NCBI GenBank assembly: GCA_964016885.1
Contig: OZ024740.1
Location: 336,226,001 to 336,290,000 of the forward strand
Direction of reading: 5' to 3'
Length of the DNA stretch: 64,000 nt
From: Eledone cirrhosa
Lineage: Eukaryota
Part shown: piece by piece, positions 37,089 through 52,171 of the stretch
How the letters are laid out: the number at the start of each line of letters is the position of its first letter
Position numbering within the stretch: position 1 is the first letter of the stretch
Made by a program: the position numbers and the translations under genes
The notes under the pieces: model-generated
What the model saw: only the letters and a program-made list of their open reading frames with translations
What the model was told of the DNA's origin: nothing
Databases searched by the model: none

Positions 37089-37133
<45 letters not shown>

Positions 37134-37792
37134 GAGAACGTCGTGCACAACTTCCGTCTGTAAAGTTTCACTCAGAAAGTCTCGGTCAACCGATGCGATG
37201 GTAAAAGACATTAACACAAGGTTTGAATCTCAAACAACGTGTTTACAGGGTGCACTCCTTGTTCACTCAACCATGTATACACCTCTTACTTCTACTCAAA
37301 TAAAACATCACATAACTCGGACGTCAATTAAACATTGTTTAATTACTTTACATGATCCGTTAACTAGAAACATACAAAATAGGATTGTAAAATTGGGATT
37401 CAAAACTTTCTGATAAGGCCTCTGTTTACGTAAAATAAAGAAGTAATAAGATCTTATGGCAAGTGGGTAAGCCTGGGCAAGCTTGGGAAGTAAATTGATT
37501 TGGTTCCTAAAAATAATTACGGTTTTCCTTTTCTCAAATTACCTTAATAATCTCTTCATCTCTTCTGCCGCAAGATATTCAGTTGAAATACGATTAGAAA
37601 TGAAAATTTGAATGATGGATGCGGTTTTCCTCTTTTCTCTTATCTGTTTGTTGTAATTCTTTTTTCTTTTTTAATTCTCTTTTTTTAACTTTTGTTGCTA
37701 TTTTATTTGAGGTATTCTTTCCAAATACGATTTTCCTCGAGCAAGTATACTGCTCTCTTTCCTTTGCTCTAAAATAATAGCAACATCTGTCA

Positions 37793-37947
37793 CATACATA
37801 CATACATGCATACATACATACATACATACATACATACATACATACATACATACGTACATACGTACATACATACATACATACATACATACATACATACATA
37901 CATACATACATACATACATACATACATACATACATACATACATACAT
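37793..37947. repeat. (TACA)n microsatellite without insertion
   Basis: Directly visible. Confidence 0.95.
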
Positions 37948-40316
37948 GATGGATGCATCTCTATTTCGAGAATTGCCATTACTTGATCCATTTCTTACAC
38001 ATGGGTGGCACAAGCATGAAGATTTAACCCTTTTAAGGACTTACATTATTTTCTGCATTTGGTCCCCAGTTGAACTTTCAAATGACGTCGAAGTCTACCG
38101 ATCGAAGCACATTATTTTCCACACTCCTTATATGAAGAATTGCCAAAGTAACCATAATCGACATTTTGTACATGGCCTCCCTGATAACGTCTAAGGTTAG
38201 ATCTGCTGAGGCAAACCCGGCCATCTGATTTTTAACTTACCTAATACTTAATAACGCCCCCACAACATAGTCATTAGGCCTCCTAGATGTAACAACTAAA
38301 TCATGCACTACCGCTTTAAACGGTGGTTCTTGGACCTAGCTGCGCTCCAATTCACATGTCCTCGTTGTTAAAGTTCTATTAGATCAAACGTAGATTTATA
38401 CACTCACCTTAGATGCTTATAAATTGAAGGGAATCAAATTCTTGAGACCCAGGGATGCCAGCGATTATGACGATGATAGTATATGTATAAAGAGGATAAA
38501 TAGTGTACCATTGATATCCATTTTATACACTTCTCTATAGTAAAAGACAAAGTTTCACAAAAATTATGCTAAGAACATAGAAATGTTATTGTAATAATAT
38601 TTAGCTTTATGGTTCAGGAATATAAAGTAGCATATCTGAGTCTCTAGAATCAACCACACAAATGTGATCACGGAATATTTTTAATCAGACATGTAAAAGT
38701 CATATTTAGACATCTAATATAAGCTGAAGTCAGTTATAAAAGTCGGTGAAGAGTAGTAAGGTTAAGAAAAACCTGTACAGTACCAATTTCGAAGCTTATA
38801 CAAATATATTGAGCCCAGTTTAGGACTAAAGAAATAAAAGGATTTAAGTGTGTTTCTTTTTTTATATGTTAGTCATATAACTATGGACAGTATTCATATT
38901 TGCCTCACACATGTGAGACAGGGGCGGTCAATCTTTACAGGAAGAGTATTGGTAGGGATGGAGGAAATCCCTGAATATTACAGCTATGGGAGGAAATAAA
39001 TGGGTGAAATATTAAGTGCAGGATCTTATAGGTGTGACACAGTAAAGGTGATGGAAGTTGGAAAAACGTTTGGGTCTGGGTGAAGAGGGTATGTAGTTAG
39101 GTTAGATGAAAACTAGACCGATGTAGTGTGTTGGTGAATTAATTATTGCCTCTTTTTCTATTATTATTCCATTCACAGCAATATGTTTTATAGGAGCTCT
39201 TTAGCATTTACATTACTCTACATATACTATTGTATTTCTGCGGTAAAGGCTTTATCTTACATAATGTCTCACATAATATCGAATCTATGAGATTTTGATA
39301 TTATTTATTTTGAGAACAATACCTTAACATCAGTATGAGTGGCCAGTTATGGCCGATTTGAACAGAAAGAGGTGAGAGAATTCTAGCCGGTTACAGTTAA
39401 CTGGTATTTATTTTATCAATCTCGGAATGACGGCGAGATTTGAATTCAGAAACATTTCCTCTAGCGCTGTACAATTTTACCAATTCATTGTCAGTCAATT
39501 GAATGACCTTGTATAAACAACGTTTCATAAATCTGAGTAGTACTCCAATATGTAAGTCTTAATTGTGCTTTGTGTTGGAAATACTCGGCAATTGATCAAG
39601 GATGAAGTTTGCTCTAATATTAATTATTATGTTCAGCTGTCGTAATTGATAGCTTTCTTCATATATGATAGTTGCAGCTGCAGAATTATTCAGATATATT
39701 GGATAGAGACAATATGTTTCTTAGCGTGTGTAACTAATAAAGTTCTTACGAATTACCAAGTAATCGTGACGTGATATCAGGAGATAATATCACAGCGTAA
39801 CCTTGTAGGAGGAATAATAGCCAAACCTTGAAATTTACGAGCAATTTTCTTTCAGTCTATTGTTACTAAACAAAACCAAATCTCGTGGGAAATATTATTT
39901 AGTGTTTTAATTTACTATATAGCAATACGAATTGAAATATGCACAAGTGAGTTTCTAGAATTGAATATAACAGACCGTAGAATATAAAAGAGCAAGAAAG
40001 CCTTTTAAAACTACACAAATGTTTCCAGCAGGAGACGCTCGAGTAGTTTAACAAATCGTATGTGGGCTGATCTAAAGACTAACGTTTCCTACGCTTTCCT
40101 TGACTTCACCTAACAGAACGTCGAAGAACCTTATCATCTAGTTCTGACACTACTAGAAAGAATCGACATTGGTAATTCAATAGATATTGGCAGAATAGAA
40201 CGTTAGTAGATGAAAAGACATCGTTATGATATAGATAGATTTGGAGTTAGTCGTAGAATTATTATTATTGCTGTTGTTGTTATCGGTTTTGTTGTTGTGT
40301 TCATCATCATCATTAT

Positions 40317-40388
<72 letters not shown>

Positions 40389-40425
40389 TAGTATAGTAGT
40401 AGTAGTAGTAGTGGTAGTAGTAGTA

Positions 40426-40472
<47 letters not shown>

Positions 40473-40490
40473 CTAGTAGTAGTAGTAGTA
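40317..40490. repeat. (TAG)n microsatellite
   Basis: Directly visible. Confidence 0.95.
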
Positions 40491-41091
40491 TATGAGCTAC
40501 TTGCCTTAGCATCAATAATATATCACTTAGTTGCGGTTTTCCAAAATATATTCATCTCATCTCTTTCAGATGAGGGGCTTCTGAAGTGTATAATTCAATT
40601 TATAGAAAGAACATTTAGAGGGAACAACAAGCAAGGGTTAATATAATTGACACGATACTATATAAAACTCCTACTGAATTACCTTCTCTTGCGTTTTCAC
40701 AAAACTGCCTGTTATTTACTATAGAAAGATACACAAACAAATGGTTTTCGATCATTAATATAGAAGATCAAACAAACTGCGATTGCAATAGACAATCTAA
40801 AACACGAGCAGAGAGCATGACGTGTCTGTGAGACAGATTTCCCTCATCGAACACTTTCAACAATCTCTATTAAATTGCAATACTGTTCACATATAGAATG
40901 TCCGTGAAGATACTGTTTTCCAGCATGTGATTACAATGTCACAATGGGCTTTATGTACATAATAAAGGACATAGGAATTTCATTGTACATATTCTATGCC
41001 TATCTATGAATATCATTATATTTGTCTATCTCATATATCTCTACCTAACTATTTACTAACACGAATACTCACATACGTGTATGTTCATGTG

Positions 41092-41163
<72 letters not shown>

Positions 41164-41411
41164 GACGTGTGTGGACATGTCTGCATTTACACTCGTACAC
41201 ATAGATATATATATATACATACACATATATATATAATCATGTATATATAAATATGTGTGTGTACACATATTATGTATACCATGCGTGTCTGTATGTATGT
41301 GTATATGTGTGCGCTACATATATATAAATCTGATTCCCTTTTTTATAAACAAACACTACAATACACTCATACACACAGACACGCACACATGCATACATGC
41401 ACACACACACC

Positions 41412-41473
<62 letters not shown>

Positions 41474-41547
41474 CACACACGCGAAAACAAAAAACACTTT
41501 GTTGTAAGTATGCATGTTCGTTGAAGGTTCTTACCTCTCTCTCCCTG

Positions 41548-41577
<30 letters not shown>

Positions 41578-41578
<1 letters not shown>

Positions 41579-41584
41579 GGGGGG

Positions 41585-41632
<48 letters not shown>

Positions 41633-41738
41633 GGCTTAAGTTTAATATATTTTATTTTATTTGTAGTAGTAGTAGTAGTAGTAGTAGGAGGAGGAGGAGG
41701 AGGAGGAGGAGGAGGAGGAGGAGGAGGAGGAGGAGGAG
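41578..41738. repeat. Compound (GA)n, (GTA)n, (GGA)n microsatellite
   Basis: Directly visible. Confidence 0.9.
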
Positions 41739-42785
41739 AGAGAGGGAGGGGGAGAGACGTGGGGAGGAAATGGTGACACGCGTTGTATCTGAAAGCTTCT
41801 TCACCTGACTGGTAAATTTCAATGTCTTTGATATTCAACTTCAATATCTGTTGATGTTGAACGCGTGCGGTGAGAAAGAAGAGAGTTTGAGGAGGCTTCA
41901 ATTATCAAGTGATAGGTTGGGTTATATATTTAGTGCATGGTTCAGAGGTGTTGAGATATAAAAGAAGGAAATAGAGGAAGAGAGGCGAGGATCATCGTGA
42001 AGGCCATCGAACAAAGATGACATGAAAATGAAGACAATTGAGAGGAAACAGAAGCTATCTAGAAGCGCTAGAAGCAACAATAACAGGAAACATGCTGGCT
42101 GTCAGCCAGTGTTTGTGAGTCGTTGGAATATAGGACAACATTTCGAGCAAAATAAAGCAGCAGTACAGAGGGTGATGGGTTGCCAGATTTGTTATAGTGT
42201 GAAACGAGTTTCATTGCGCTTTCTGTTTCCATAACTTTGCATTTTGAGTTCAGATCCCGTGGTTACCTACTTGTCTGTAGTCTTAATCGATTGTCCGGTT
42301 TAACTCTACGATCTAGTCCTTGTGTGCCTTTTGCGGAATCTATTTTGTGCAAGCATTTGAGTAAGGTTTCCAATTTGAGGATACATTCCTTCCTCTTGTC
42401 ATCAGTTTTGGAGGCTCTGAAAAGGACATGAATCAAGAATCCCTTTCCTCCAAATCTAGACTATGAAAAAGTATTTTCCAATCGACTGGCAAAACTTTGG
42501 GATAATGGGGCCCAGGACAGTGATGCATAACATCTCGTCTCTAACATGTTAGCTAGCTAATCATTGTCAATCAATTGAATACACTTCTTTTATGCTGTTA
42601 GAGTGTGGAGCAGCTGTGAACCCATACCAGAACCCAGATATGTGGCAAGTAGGCCAATGTTCCCGATGTGTGTCTTACATGAACTTTGTAGAACTGAGAA
42701 CAAAATCTCCACTAAAAGCAGTTATTACGTGAGAAAGGAACATAATTTATTTAGAATTTTCTGCACATTCTGTTATTTATGCAAT

Positions 42786-42845
<60 letters not shown>

Positions 42846-42872
42846 TTAAGGTGTGTGGGGGCGGGGGGGTGC

Positions 42873-42940
<68 letters not shown>

Positions 42941-42952
42941 ATATACTGTGTA

Positions 42953-43003
<51 letters not shown>

Positions 43004-43769
43004 CTGTACGAAATTTTCAGTGTAAGTTATCAGGTTTGTCAACCCTTACATATTATTGTAATTTACTAAAAGTAAAGCTGCCTTTACTTAATAATATCAT
43101 GTTGGTGTATAAATTAAGTTGCGACTGGCGCCAACTAAACTAATACACGAGTTACCTGTATATTGACGCTCTCATTTGGAAAACCTAGAAGACTATATAT
43201 ATATATTACAAGAAGCTGAAAAACAAAAGATGAGATCAGATACCAAATTGTTCTCTATTTTGGAAGAAATAAACGTAGCAATTTCATTGTCACAAAATCC
43301 AATATTTTTCTATTCTCTATTTTAGTGTGTATGTGGGGGGGGGGGGGGGGGGGGGCTGTATGGGTGTATGGGTGTGTGTAAGTGTGTGTGTGTATGCATG
43401 TGTGTGTGCGTGTTTTCAAATATCTCTATATGTGTTATGTGTTATGTGTGTGTGTGTGTGTTTGTCGATAAGTATTTATGTATATGTAAGCGTGTGAGTG
43501 AATGTGTGTATGTTTAATCCAGCCCCTACTGTTACATTCAGATGTTTTCATACTTCACTACCAATAGTTCTTTACTGATTCAGTTTGGCTAAATCAGTGT
43601 TAAGGTACCGCCTTGAAAGTAAAGCGACCTCTGTGGATTCGACAATTAATGTATCAGTTGGTTGTCATCAGCCTGGGTGCTAGGCTCAACTGTATGTGGG
43701 AGGATGGGAAAGTGCTGGAGGCGACGTCAACAGAACAGCCTACTCCTGAACTTAACGTATAAGTATGTC

Positions 43770-44095
43770 AAGGATACGTGTTCTCTCTGGCACTCTGTCG
43801 GTTGCGACGACGTGTGTTCCATTTGATCCGATCCGAACAGCCTGCTCGTGAAATTAACATGCAATTGGCTGAGTATTCCACAGACACGTGTATTCTTAAG
43901 GTAATTCTTGAAGAGGTTCAGGAATGACAAGGCTGGTTATTCAAACTACAGATACAACTCATTTTTGCCAGCTGAATGGAATGGAGCAGTGTGAAATAAG
44001 GTGTCTTGCTCAAGGACACAACACACCACCGGGAATCTTACTCACAACTTTACGATTGTGAGTCGAATGCCCTAACCACAGAGCCACACGCATTC
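43770..44095 (-). mobile_element. tRNA-derived SINE with CORE-like segment
   Basis: Minus strand gtggctctgtggttagggcattcgactcacaatcg..gattcccgg..gtgtccttgagcaagacac. Confidence 0.8.
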
Positions 44096-45217
44096 ACAGA
44101 GACACATGTACACCTAATGTAATTCTCAAGGAAGTTTCGTATGACATATTGTGTGGAAACGTTAGCCGCTAGAATTACGGCTTCCATACAATGGGCTTCT
44201 ATAAAATGGGCTTCCATACAGCTTCTGTCTATCCAATTTCCCTCACATGATTTTGGTAATGCCGGGGTAATGGTAAAAGAAATTTGCGCATGATGCTACT
44301 CAAATGGACTAAACACATAAGCCTGATAATACATTGCTAATGTATCTCGCAAAAAATGTTTTCCCTTCTTTAGATTCTTTGCTATATGAACGTGTTTTCT
44401 CTGTTGTGCAGTAACAGCATATAATATAACTATAGTTAAATCCCAAAATTATTTCGTGCTAAAATTCTATAAAAGTCAAAAGAAGAGTTTTTTTATAAAT
44501 TGAAGATAAGATGATATATAATCCCATCTTCTTATACGCTAAATTCCCGGCCTTTGGCAAAGATAGGTCTCTAACAAACCCCTGAGTTGTGAGCAGATAA
44601 AGAGTAAGTTGTGGTGGTGTTATCTATATTTATGTTATAAGCTTGATGGGATGATAATTTCTAAATGGTGGAGATACATTGCTAAGAGGAGATATCAAGA
44701 TCAGAAACGACTATGGCGGACTTTGTATTGTTCGTGACGAATGGTGCAGTGAGATGGGGGAGAGTGGGGGAGAGAGGGATTTAGTATGAAAACAAAGACT
44801 AAGGTATTAAGAAAGCCATAATAACAACGAAGAGTGAGGGGGGAGGAGAAGAAGAAGAAGAAGAAGAAGAAGAAGAAGAAGAAGAAGAAGAAATATGGTG
44901 AGAGAGATAGTAATGATAATAGATACACAAGGGAAAAATATTTAAGGTGAATAGTTTTTGATAATGGATAACTGATAATATCTTACTATAATGTCACTAA
45001 AATAAACAATAGAACATAACAAAAACAAGAAGAGTTATTATTGCTGATTGAACATTTTCACATTTAATGATTTCGTGTATTATACTTACCAGACTGGGTA
45101 AATCCATAGTTAGGCATTATATAGCAAACTAGACCCACAATACACACACACATATACATACTCTCGCACCCACTACATACACACACACAAAAAACATATA
45201 CACATGCACACACACAG

Positions 45218-45289
<72 letters not shown>

Positions 45290-45311
45290 GGAAAGAGAGG
45301 AAGTGTGTGTG

Positions 45312-45449
45312 TGTGGTAAGATACCAGGTGAACCATAACACACCGGAGTATTCGATACTTAGGGTAGTAGAGTGGATAATAGGAAAAGAGTCAGGACCCC
45401 GACGGCTGAGCACCGGCCGTTTCGACAGCTAGATCCCAACGTAGCTGTC
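45312..45449 (-). mobile_element. Family H half-hammerhead element (variant subfamily)
   Basis: Minus strand gacagcta..tagctgtc-GAAA-cggccggtgctcagccg-TC-ggggtcc plus the shared tail. Confidence 0.8.
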
Positions 45450-45454
45450 GTAAG

Positions 45455-45521
45455 AGATTTTAACGGTTCAAGTTATTCCTGGATAATGACTACCCAGGAA
45501 TAACTTGAACCGTTAAGATCT
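45455..45521. repeat. 28-bp-arm hairpin
   Basis: agattttaacggttcaagttattcctgg and ccaggaataacttgaaccgttaagatct, 1 mismatch. Confidence 0.9.
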
Positions 45522-45559
45522 TCTTCCTGGTTATGTCAATATTTATAAAACAAACTTTG

Positions 45560-45620
45560 TATTTTATCTGATGAGGGCGTACCAAAGTTTTGGTACCCTT
45601 GAAATATATATAATAGAATA
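45560..45620 (+). ncRNA. Minimal type I hammerhead ribozyme (same family as 21594)
   Basis: tattttat-CTGATGA-gggcgtaccaaa gt tttggtaccctt-GAAA-tatata-TA-atagaata. Confidence 0.85.
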
Positions 45621-45947
45621 AATATGGTTTTATAAATATAGTTTCCATTTATTAATATCATTGATATTATACTCCAGAAAAAGCTGTTGACTGCTTCGAA
45701 TCAGTTATAAACATATATATTTGTTGAATTACCAACAAATTAAATATCCCTTTTGCTTATATATATATACAATGGCTGTCCCCCCAAAATGTATACACAC
45801 GTCAACAGCATTCTAATAAATATTGCCTGTACAGGTAATCAAGTGTGTATACATTTTTGGGACACCATGTATATATATATATATATACACACACACCCAC
45901 ACATATATATATATATATACACACACACCTACACATATATATATATT

Positions 45948-46282
<335 letters not shown>

Positions 46283-47359
46283 TATACACACACACCTACA
46301 TACACACACACACATATACATATGTATATATATATAGAGAGAGAGAGAGATATTTATATATATGAATATGCATACAAGCACACATTTGGCAGTATATGTG
46401 AATATCTTCGTCATCCTTCAGGCTAATATGCACACATTAAATTTTAAGGTCTTGCAAATGTATAATGTTCCAGTGGGAAAGTTGAATAGCTATGGTCTCA
46501 TGCTGATAGAACTAATGTAGAATATGGTCGTTATATTGCCACCACTCATTTTACACACAAACCTGATCACAAAGCTGGCCCCTATATTAAAAAAATATTT
46601 TAATCTATCCCTTTCTCTAAAGGGAAATATGCGTCACTAAGCTTTATTCCTCTGACACGGCCAACTTTATCCCTATTATACTCCCTTCTGATATCTTTAA
46701 GGTAATGGAAACAGTGATGGGCAGTAACGTTTTTCAATATCTTTCTAACATACACTATCTCTCTCTCGCTCTCTCTTTCTCTCTTTCTCTCTCTCTTTCC
46801 CTCTCTCTCTATCTCTCTCTCGCTCTCTCTCGCTCTCTCTCTCTCTCTCTCTTACACACACAAACACTTAGTCTCTCCCTCTCATACACATACACTCACT
46901 CACCCTCTCTCTTTCTCTCTCTCATACACACACAATCACTCACACACACACTTACTTTCTCTCTCCCTCTCTTTCACGTTCTCTCACTTTCTCTCTCATC
47001 AATGACCATTAATATAGTTTCCATAAATTCAGTTTCACTATTCTCCTATATCACTTCCCAGTGGCCTCATGAGAAATTTGATAAGGAGCATGATGTTGCC
47101 GTCAACAACAGTAAAACATTTGAAGTTGTTTGACACGAGAATCTCATGTCAAAAATGTTTCCCTGTGGGTTTCATCCATCTCTCATTCTTTAGATCAGTA
47201 ACTTCCTATCAAATCGCGCCCAGTACAGATATGCAACTTTTTGTAAAATAGCTAAAGGACATGTAAGAGGTTGGCGAGCTTACAGAGCCGCTGATAGTAC
47301 ACATGATCCTTATAATATTCAGTGATGGTCTTCTTTGGATACAATTGGACAGCCACTAG

Positions 47360-47915
47360 TATGTATGTGTGCATGTGTGCAGGTACGCTTGTTATTGTAT
47401 CTGTGGATGTGGATGTTTTGAGTTATATGTGTGCATGTTCATATATTTTGTAGCTGTCGATGTGTACATGCAGTTACTACATGCAGAATTTTTGAAATGT
47501 TTTACAGGTGTTTATTGTTCCATTAATGGATTGTGCTTGTAATTTCCTAACTAGTTGTCTTCTTTCCGGTTCTGTGAAGCCCAACTTCTCAAGATTTACT
47601 AACATATCTTCTTTTCACTAATCTTTAATATTATATTGGCCTCTGCTGGGCAGCTAAGTTCCACTACTGAGCATGCCTTCTTTTCCCTGTCCCATATCAT
47701 TATATCTGGTCTCTTATGTTTGCATTTTATTGAGGTTTTGACTGGAACATTCCACCACTCCTCGTTCATATTATGTAAGTGTATCTCTTCCACATAACTG
47801 TAACTTTTAATATGTTTATTGTCGACACTATCCTTTCTACGGATTGCATTGTGTACTAATTTGGCCACTACATCATATCTCATAGGTAGTTAGTACCGGG
47901 ATGCCATCTTTGAGT
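47360..47915 (-). mobile_element. 3' (RLE) fragment of the second R4-like family, next to (TATG)n
   Basis: WWNVPVKTSIKCKHKRPDIMIWDREKKACSVVELSCP, homologous to about 14870-15540. Confidence 0.88.
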
Positions 47916-48465
47916 AGTATGTATGTACGTATGTGTGTACGTATGTATGTATGTACGTATGTACCCATGTATGTATGTATGTGAATATATATATGTATGT
48001 ATTTATGTATGTATGCATGTATGTATGTACCCATGTATGTATGCATACATATATAATGTATATATGCAAGATCTTGGAAGATTCTGTTCTAAACTTCAGC
48101 TTTAATGAACATTTTAACGCATGAACTACCAGCTTCTACATATACCACCTTCAAAATCGCGAGCAAAAACCACTTATTGTCAACCACTAATATTTATAAG
48201 CTTACAAGTGTCCGGCTGCCTGCTTAAATCAATCAGAAACAAAAAAGAACTTCTATTGAAACTTTGAAGAAACCATTGGATAATCAACCAACTATTCATG
48301 AGAACACTCAAGGAAGATCAGCTGCTGCTAACTGAATTATATACAAACTTCTAGCCATAAAACTGCAAAAACCATTGAGGTAGTTCTCCAGCATGGGCGT
48401 ACCCCAGTGACAGAACCCATTAAAGACATAAAATAATGTATTTATGTGTGTATATATATATATAT

Positions 48466-48645
48466 TTGAACTCTATGCAATGTCGAGATTAAAAGGTCGC
48501 TTCCCACAGTTTGGAGGGGACCTGTACAGCGACGACAGCCTACTCTCCCTACTCAACTTCACCTGAGTTCAGGAGACTTCCTAGACATTACACTAAACCT
48601 TGATACCGGATTATACTACCCGTATAGGAAACCCTACGAGACCCT
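48466..48645 (+). mobile_element. Penelope-like RT fragment
   Basis: DLYSDDSL (compare GLYRDDGL) and DFLDITLNLDTGLYYPYRKP; follows (TA)n. Confidence 0.65.
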
Positions 48646-49044
48646 CCTGGAACCAAAGGTTGACGTTGTCATCTATCACGCGGTGTTTATGACGCTTGCA
48701 AACAAACTGAATATTAATATTATGATCATTATTATTCACTCACGAATACATTTAGGTATCCACCATGTTAAGAGCAAAAACAAATTTTGTATTTTTACTT
48801 TTCGGCAATGCCGGCCGTAAAATCATTCGTTATGCAAACGAGGCTAAACAGCCGATTTTTACATTTGAGAATACTATGTGTTCTCAACAGTTCCAGAGCG
48901 TAGCAGCGAGGAGAATACACAATCCTGATAAGGACCAAAACATTCCGAAACAATTGTCGATTGTTTTCTCTCAGCTACCGCTGGAAAAAAATGGATGACC
49001 TTGTCACCTAACACGTGGTGTTTATGAGGCTGTTGGCAATTTGA

Positions 49045-49187
49045 CGCATACAGTTACGTCCCTTGCCATTCTGAGTTCAAATCCCGCCGAGGTTAACTTT
49101 GCCTTTCATCCTTATGGGGTCGATAAAATAAAGTACCAGTAATACACTGGATAATTGCTGGCCTTGTGCCAAAAGTAGAAACAATTA
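49045..49187 (+). mobile_element. SINE with Meta/MESC-type core, 5'-truncated
   Basis: Near-identical to about 33010-33150. Confidence 0.85.
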
Positions 49188-49231
49188 TTATATAATTATT
49201 ATTCATATATATATAAATATATATATATATT

Positions 49232-50158
49232 TGAAATGTTGGGTAAATAATCTATAGCGGTTGATCGCGAATATATTTGAAATGCTGGGTAAATATTCTA
49301 TAGCGGTTGATCGCGAATAGATGGCTGTCGTTTATTTATTTACTATTTCTTCATAGGTGCCTTTTAATCTTATAGCCTGGTTTAATTGGTTTTTTTGTGT
49401 GGTTGATTATGCTAATTGGGAGAGGAAATGGTGTATATATATATTATCAAATGATTCTATGGACATACTTTATAGTATATTGCTCTGATTATTTAATTTA
49501 TTAATTCATCATTGAGCCACATCGTGGATGGTTGCCAAAACATATATATCTGTGACTTTGTCTAGTTTGTGTATATGTAAATCTTTATATTTGATAATCT
49601 CCCATAAGGTTGAGATGCAATTTGGGCAATATTGGGCTGCGCTTTCTAGCAACCAGTCCACTCGCCGTAAGGCACCAATCACATTCTTTCTGACTTGACC
49701 ACTGCCACGTCACAGTTCTTAGCTATTTTGAATTCGTTTCTGGCGAGGATCATTTAAGAAAAATCTTTGTCCAAGTGAGTTTGTTTCCTGATGAGTTCGA
49801 AGCTCGAGAATTTATCCTTGATAGGATATTTCCGTAAACGAATGACACCCTAAGGGTAGAAACGTAATCCTGGTATGTGTATATGCATTTTTTCTTCTAA
49901 CTTTAATTTTATACCTAATCGTGTATGGTTGACGGTATATTTAATCGATTTCCACGTGCTATTGAAATGTTGGGTAAATATTCTATAGCGGTTGATCGCG
50001 AATAGATGGCTGTCGTTTATTTATCTACTATTTCTTCATAGGTGCCTTTTAATCTTATAGCATGGTTTAATTGGTTTTTTTGTGTGGTTGATTATGCTAA
50101 TTGGGAGAGGAAATGGTGTATATATATTATGAAATGATTCTATGGACATACTTTATAG

Positions 50159-50160
<2 letters not shown>
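49232..50160 (+). mobile_element. ~685-bp non-coding unit with ~200-bp terminal direct repeat, in (TA)n (retrozyme/PLE-like)
   Basis: 49277-49478 repeats at 49962-50160; extra ~43-bp duplication at the left end; second copy at 60055-60830. Confidence 0.75.
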
Positions 50161-50205
<45 letters not shown>

Positions 50206-50239
50206 ACGTATGTATTCGCGAGTGAATAATAATATTATA

Positions 50240-50420
50240 ATAATTGTTTCTACTTCTGGCACAAGGCCAGAAATTACACCAGTGAATTAATGGTACTTTA
50301 TTTTATCGACCTCGTAAAAGTTAACTTCGGCGGGATTTGAACTCAGACCGTAAAGGGCCGTAACTCTATGCTGCAAAGCATGGCATCCGACCCTCTACCG
50401 ATTCTCCCAATCGACCGCCT
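50240..50420 (-). mobile_element. SINE with Meta/MESC-type core
   Basis: Reverse complement of the 32960/62614 family. Confidence 0.85.
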
Positions 50421-50868
50421 AATTTAATAATATTATAATAATATCATAATATAATTAATATTATTATATTTGCAACACCTCAATTTTATCTGTCCAGCTC
50501 TAATAGAGAAACTAAATTCTCACCTCGTTCCCATCAACGGTCTACCGGCGACTGCCATATTGTTGTCACTTGTTTGTTTCCTAATGAATGTTTTTCTACT
50601 TCACATTAAACTTCGTAGTAATTCAAACAGTGGAAAGATATTTCATAGCTCTCATACATCAAATATATTTCCTCCGGGGTTTTACACTGTTTACGTTTCC
50701 CAGATATTTACAAGTTTATTTAGATGTCGGTGAAAACAAACCTGTAATAAGATAGAAAATGATAAGGTGGCGATGGTGTGAAGATTGTGTAAAAGTGGAA
50801 TGATAGAGAGGGGAGAGAAAGGAGAGAGAGGCAGAGATCAATAAAAAGTCGGGTATTCTGAGAAATTG

Positions 50869-50915
<47 letters not shown>

Positions 50916-51009
50916 ATGTATTTGTGTGTGTGAGAGAGTGTGTGTCTATGTATGTTTTACGTCTCTTTCTGTGTCTGTGTGTCTGTATGTGTGTCTCTGT
51001 ATGTCTGAC

Positions 51010-51046
<37 letters not shown>

Positions 51047-52171
51047 TTTGTGTGTATTTGTGAATGTGTATGTGCTTGTCTGTGCCTTTGTCTCTGTGTG
51101 TGTATATGTGTCCGTACGCCAATTTTATAGGAAATAAAGATTGATTGATTGATTCTGAAGACAAATTAAATATGTCAGCTCCTTTTCTAAATTTAATCGG
51201 AATGGCTGACTTGGAGCAAGTGGGTAGGAAAGGAGTATGACACAAATGTGGTGGTGTTGTATTTAATTACATAAAACTTCTCTTCTTACATCCATTACCA
51301 AGGAAGTTCTTCTGGAAAAGTTAACTTTCAACATCAACAGTTAAAAACTTCGAAATGTCGCTTTACTCGTATGGTGGAAAAAACATAACAATAGAAATCT
51401 TATGGATCGCTTGAAGATAAAACTGTACTTAATGTTTGTAATAAGTGCTTCTTTGGCGCCGACTGAATTTTATATCAGAATATGTTTTTAGTAATGTTTT
51501 TTTGTTTATTATTCATTACCATATTTTACTATTCAACGAAAACATATTTATCTCTTACTGTCTTCGTTTATGTTGTTTGTAGTATTCGTTTTGTTTTGTT
51601 TTTGTTGTTTTTTTTATATATATAGTTTCATTTTCTCTAAAGCCAATAGAATTGCCATTATGATGTGATGCCATTTTGGTGCTAACATTCATTTTACTTT
51701 ACTATCATATTACCAAATAAATTTTAACATACCTATCTATCTTCTTTCCTAATTATGTTGATTTATTATTCCAAAGACAAAGCATTAACCATAGAAACCA
51801 TTTATAAATGACCAATAGATATTTCATGTGTTGAGGTACAGATGAGAAAACTCCGCCTAAAACATCATCTGGGTGGGCGTGGTCGAAAAACTCGTAAAAA
51901 AACATCTTTTTCAACGTTCGTTGCTAAGCATATCCATCATTCCATTAATGGATCAAACAGCTAATTTAAGAGAGTAAATATGTAAACATTTGTATATGTG
52001 CACATGTGTGTTTGCACTGCTTTATATATGGGAAAAGTACCGGTTGGTGAATAAAAGACTACATGACCTGCATTCTGCATCGATGTAACATCAGTATGTA
52101 CAATAGCATGTTTGTTTATGCGTATACCTCTATGTATGTGTGTGTGTATGTATGTATGTATGTGTGTTATG

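Noticed and set aside
43335-43355. Poly-G run as a functional G-quadruplex
   Set aside because: Homopolymer in low-complexity DNA with no supporting context
49788-49812. CTGATGA followed closely by gaag/gaaa as a stand-alone hammerhead (also 60467)
   Set aside because: Stem II and helix III/stem I cannot be completed locally
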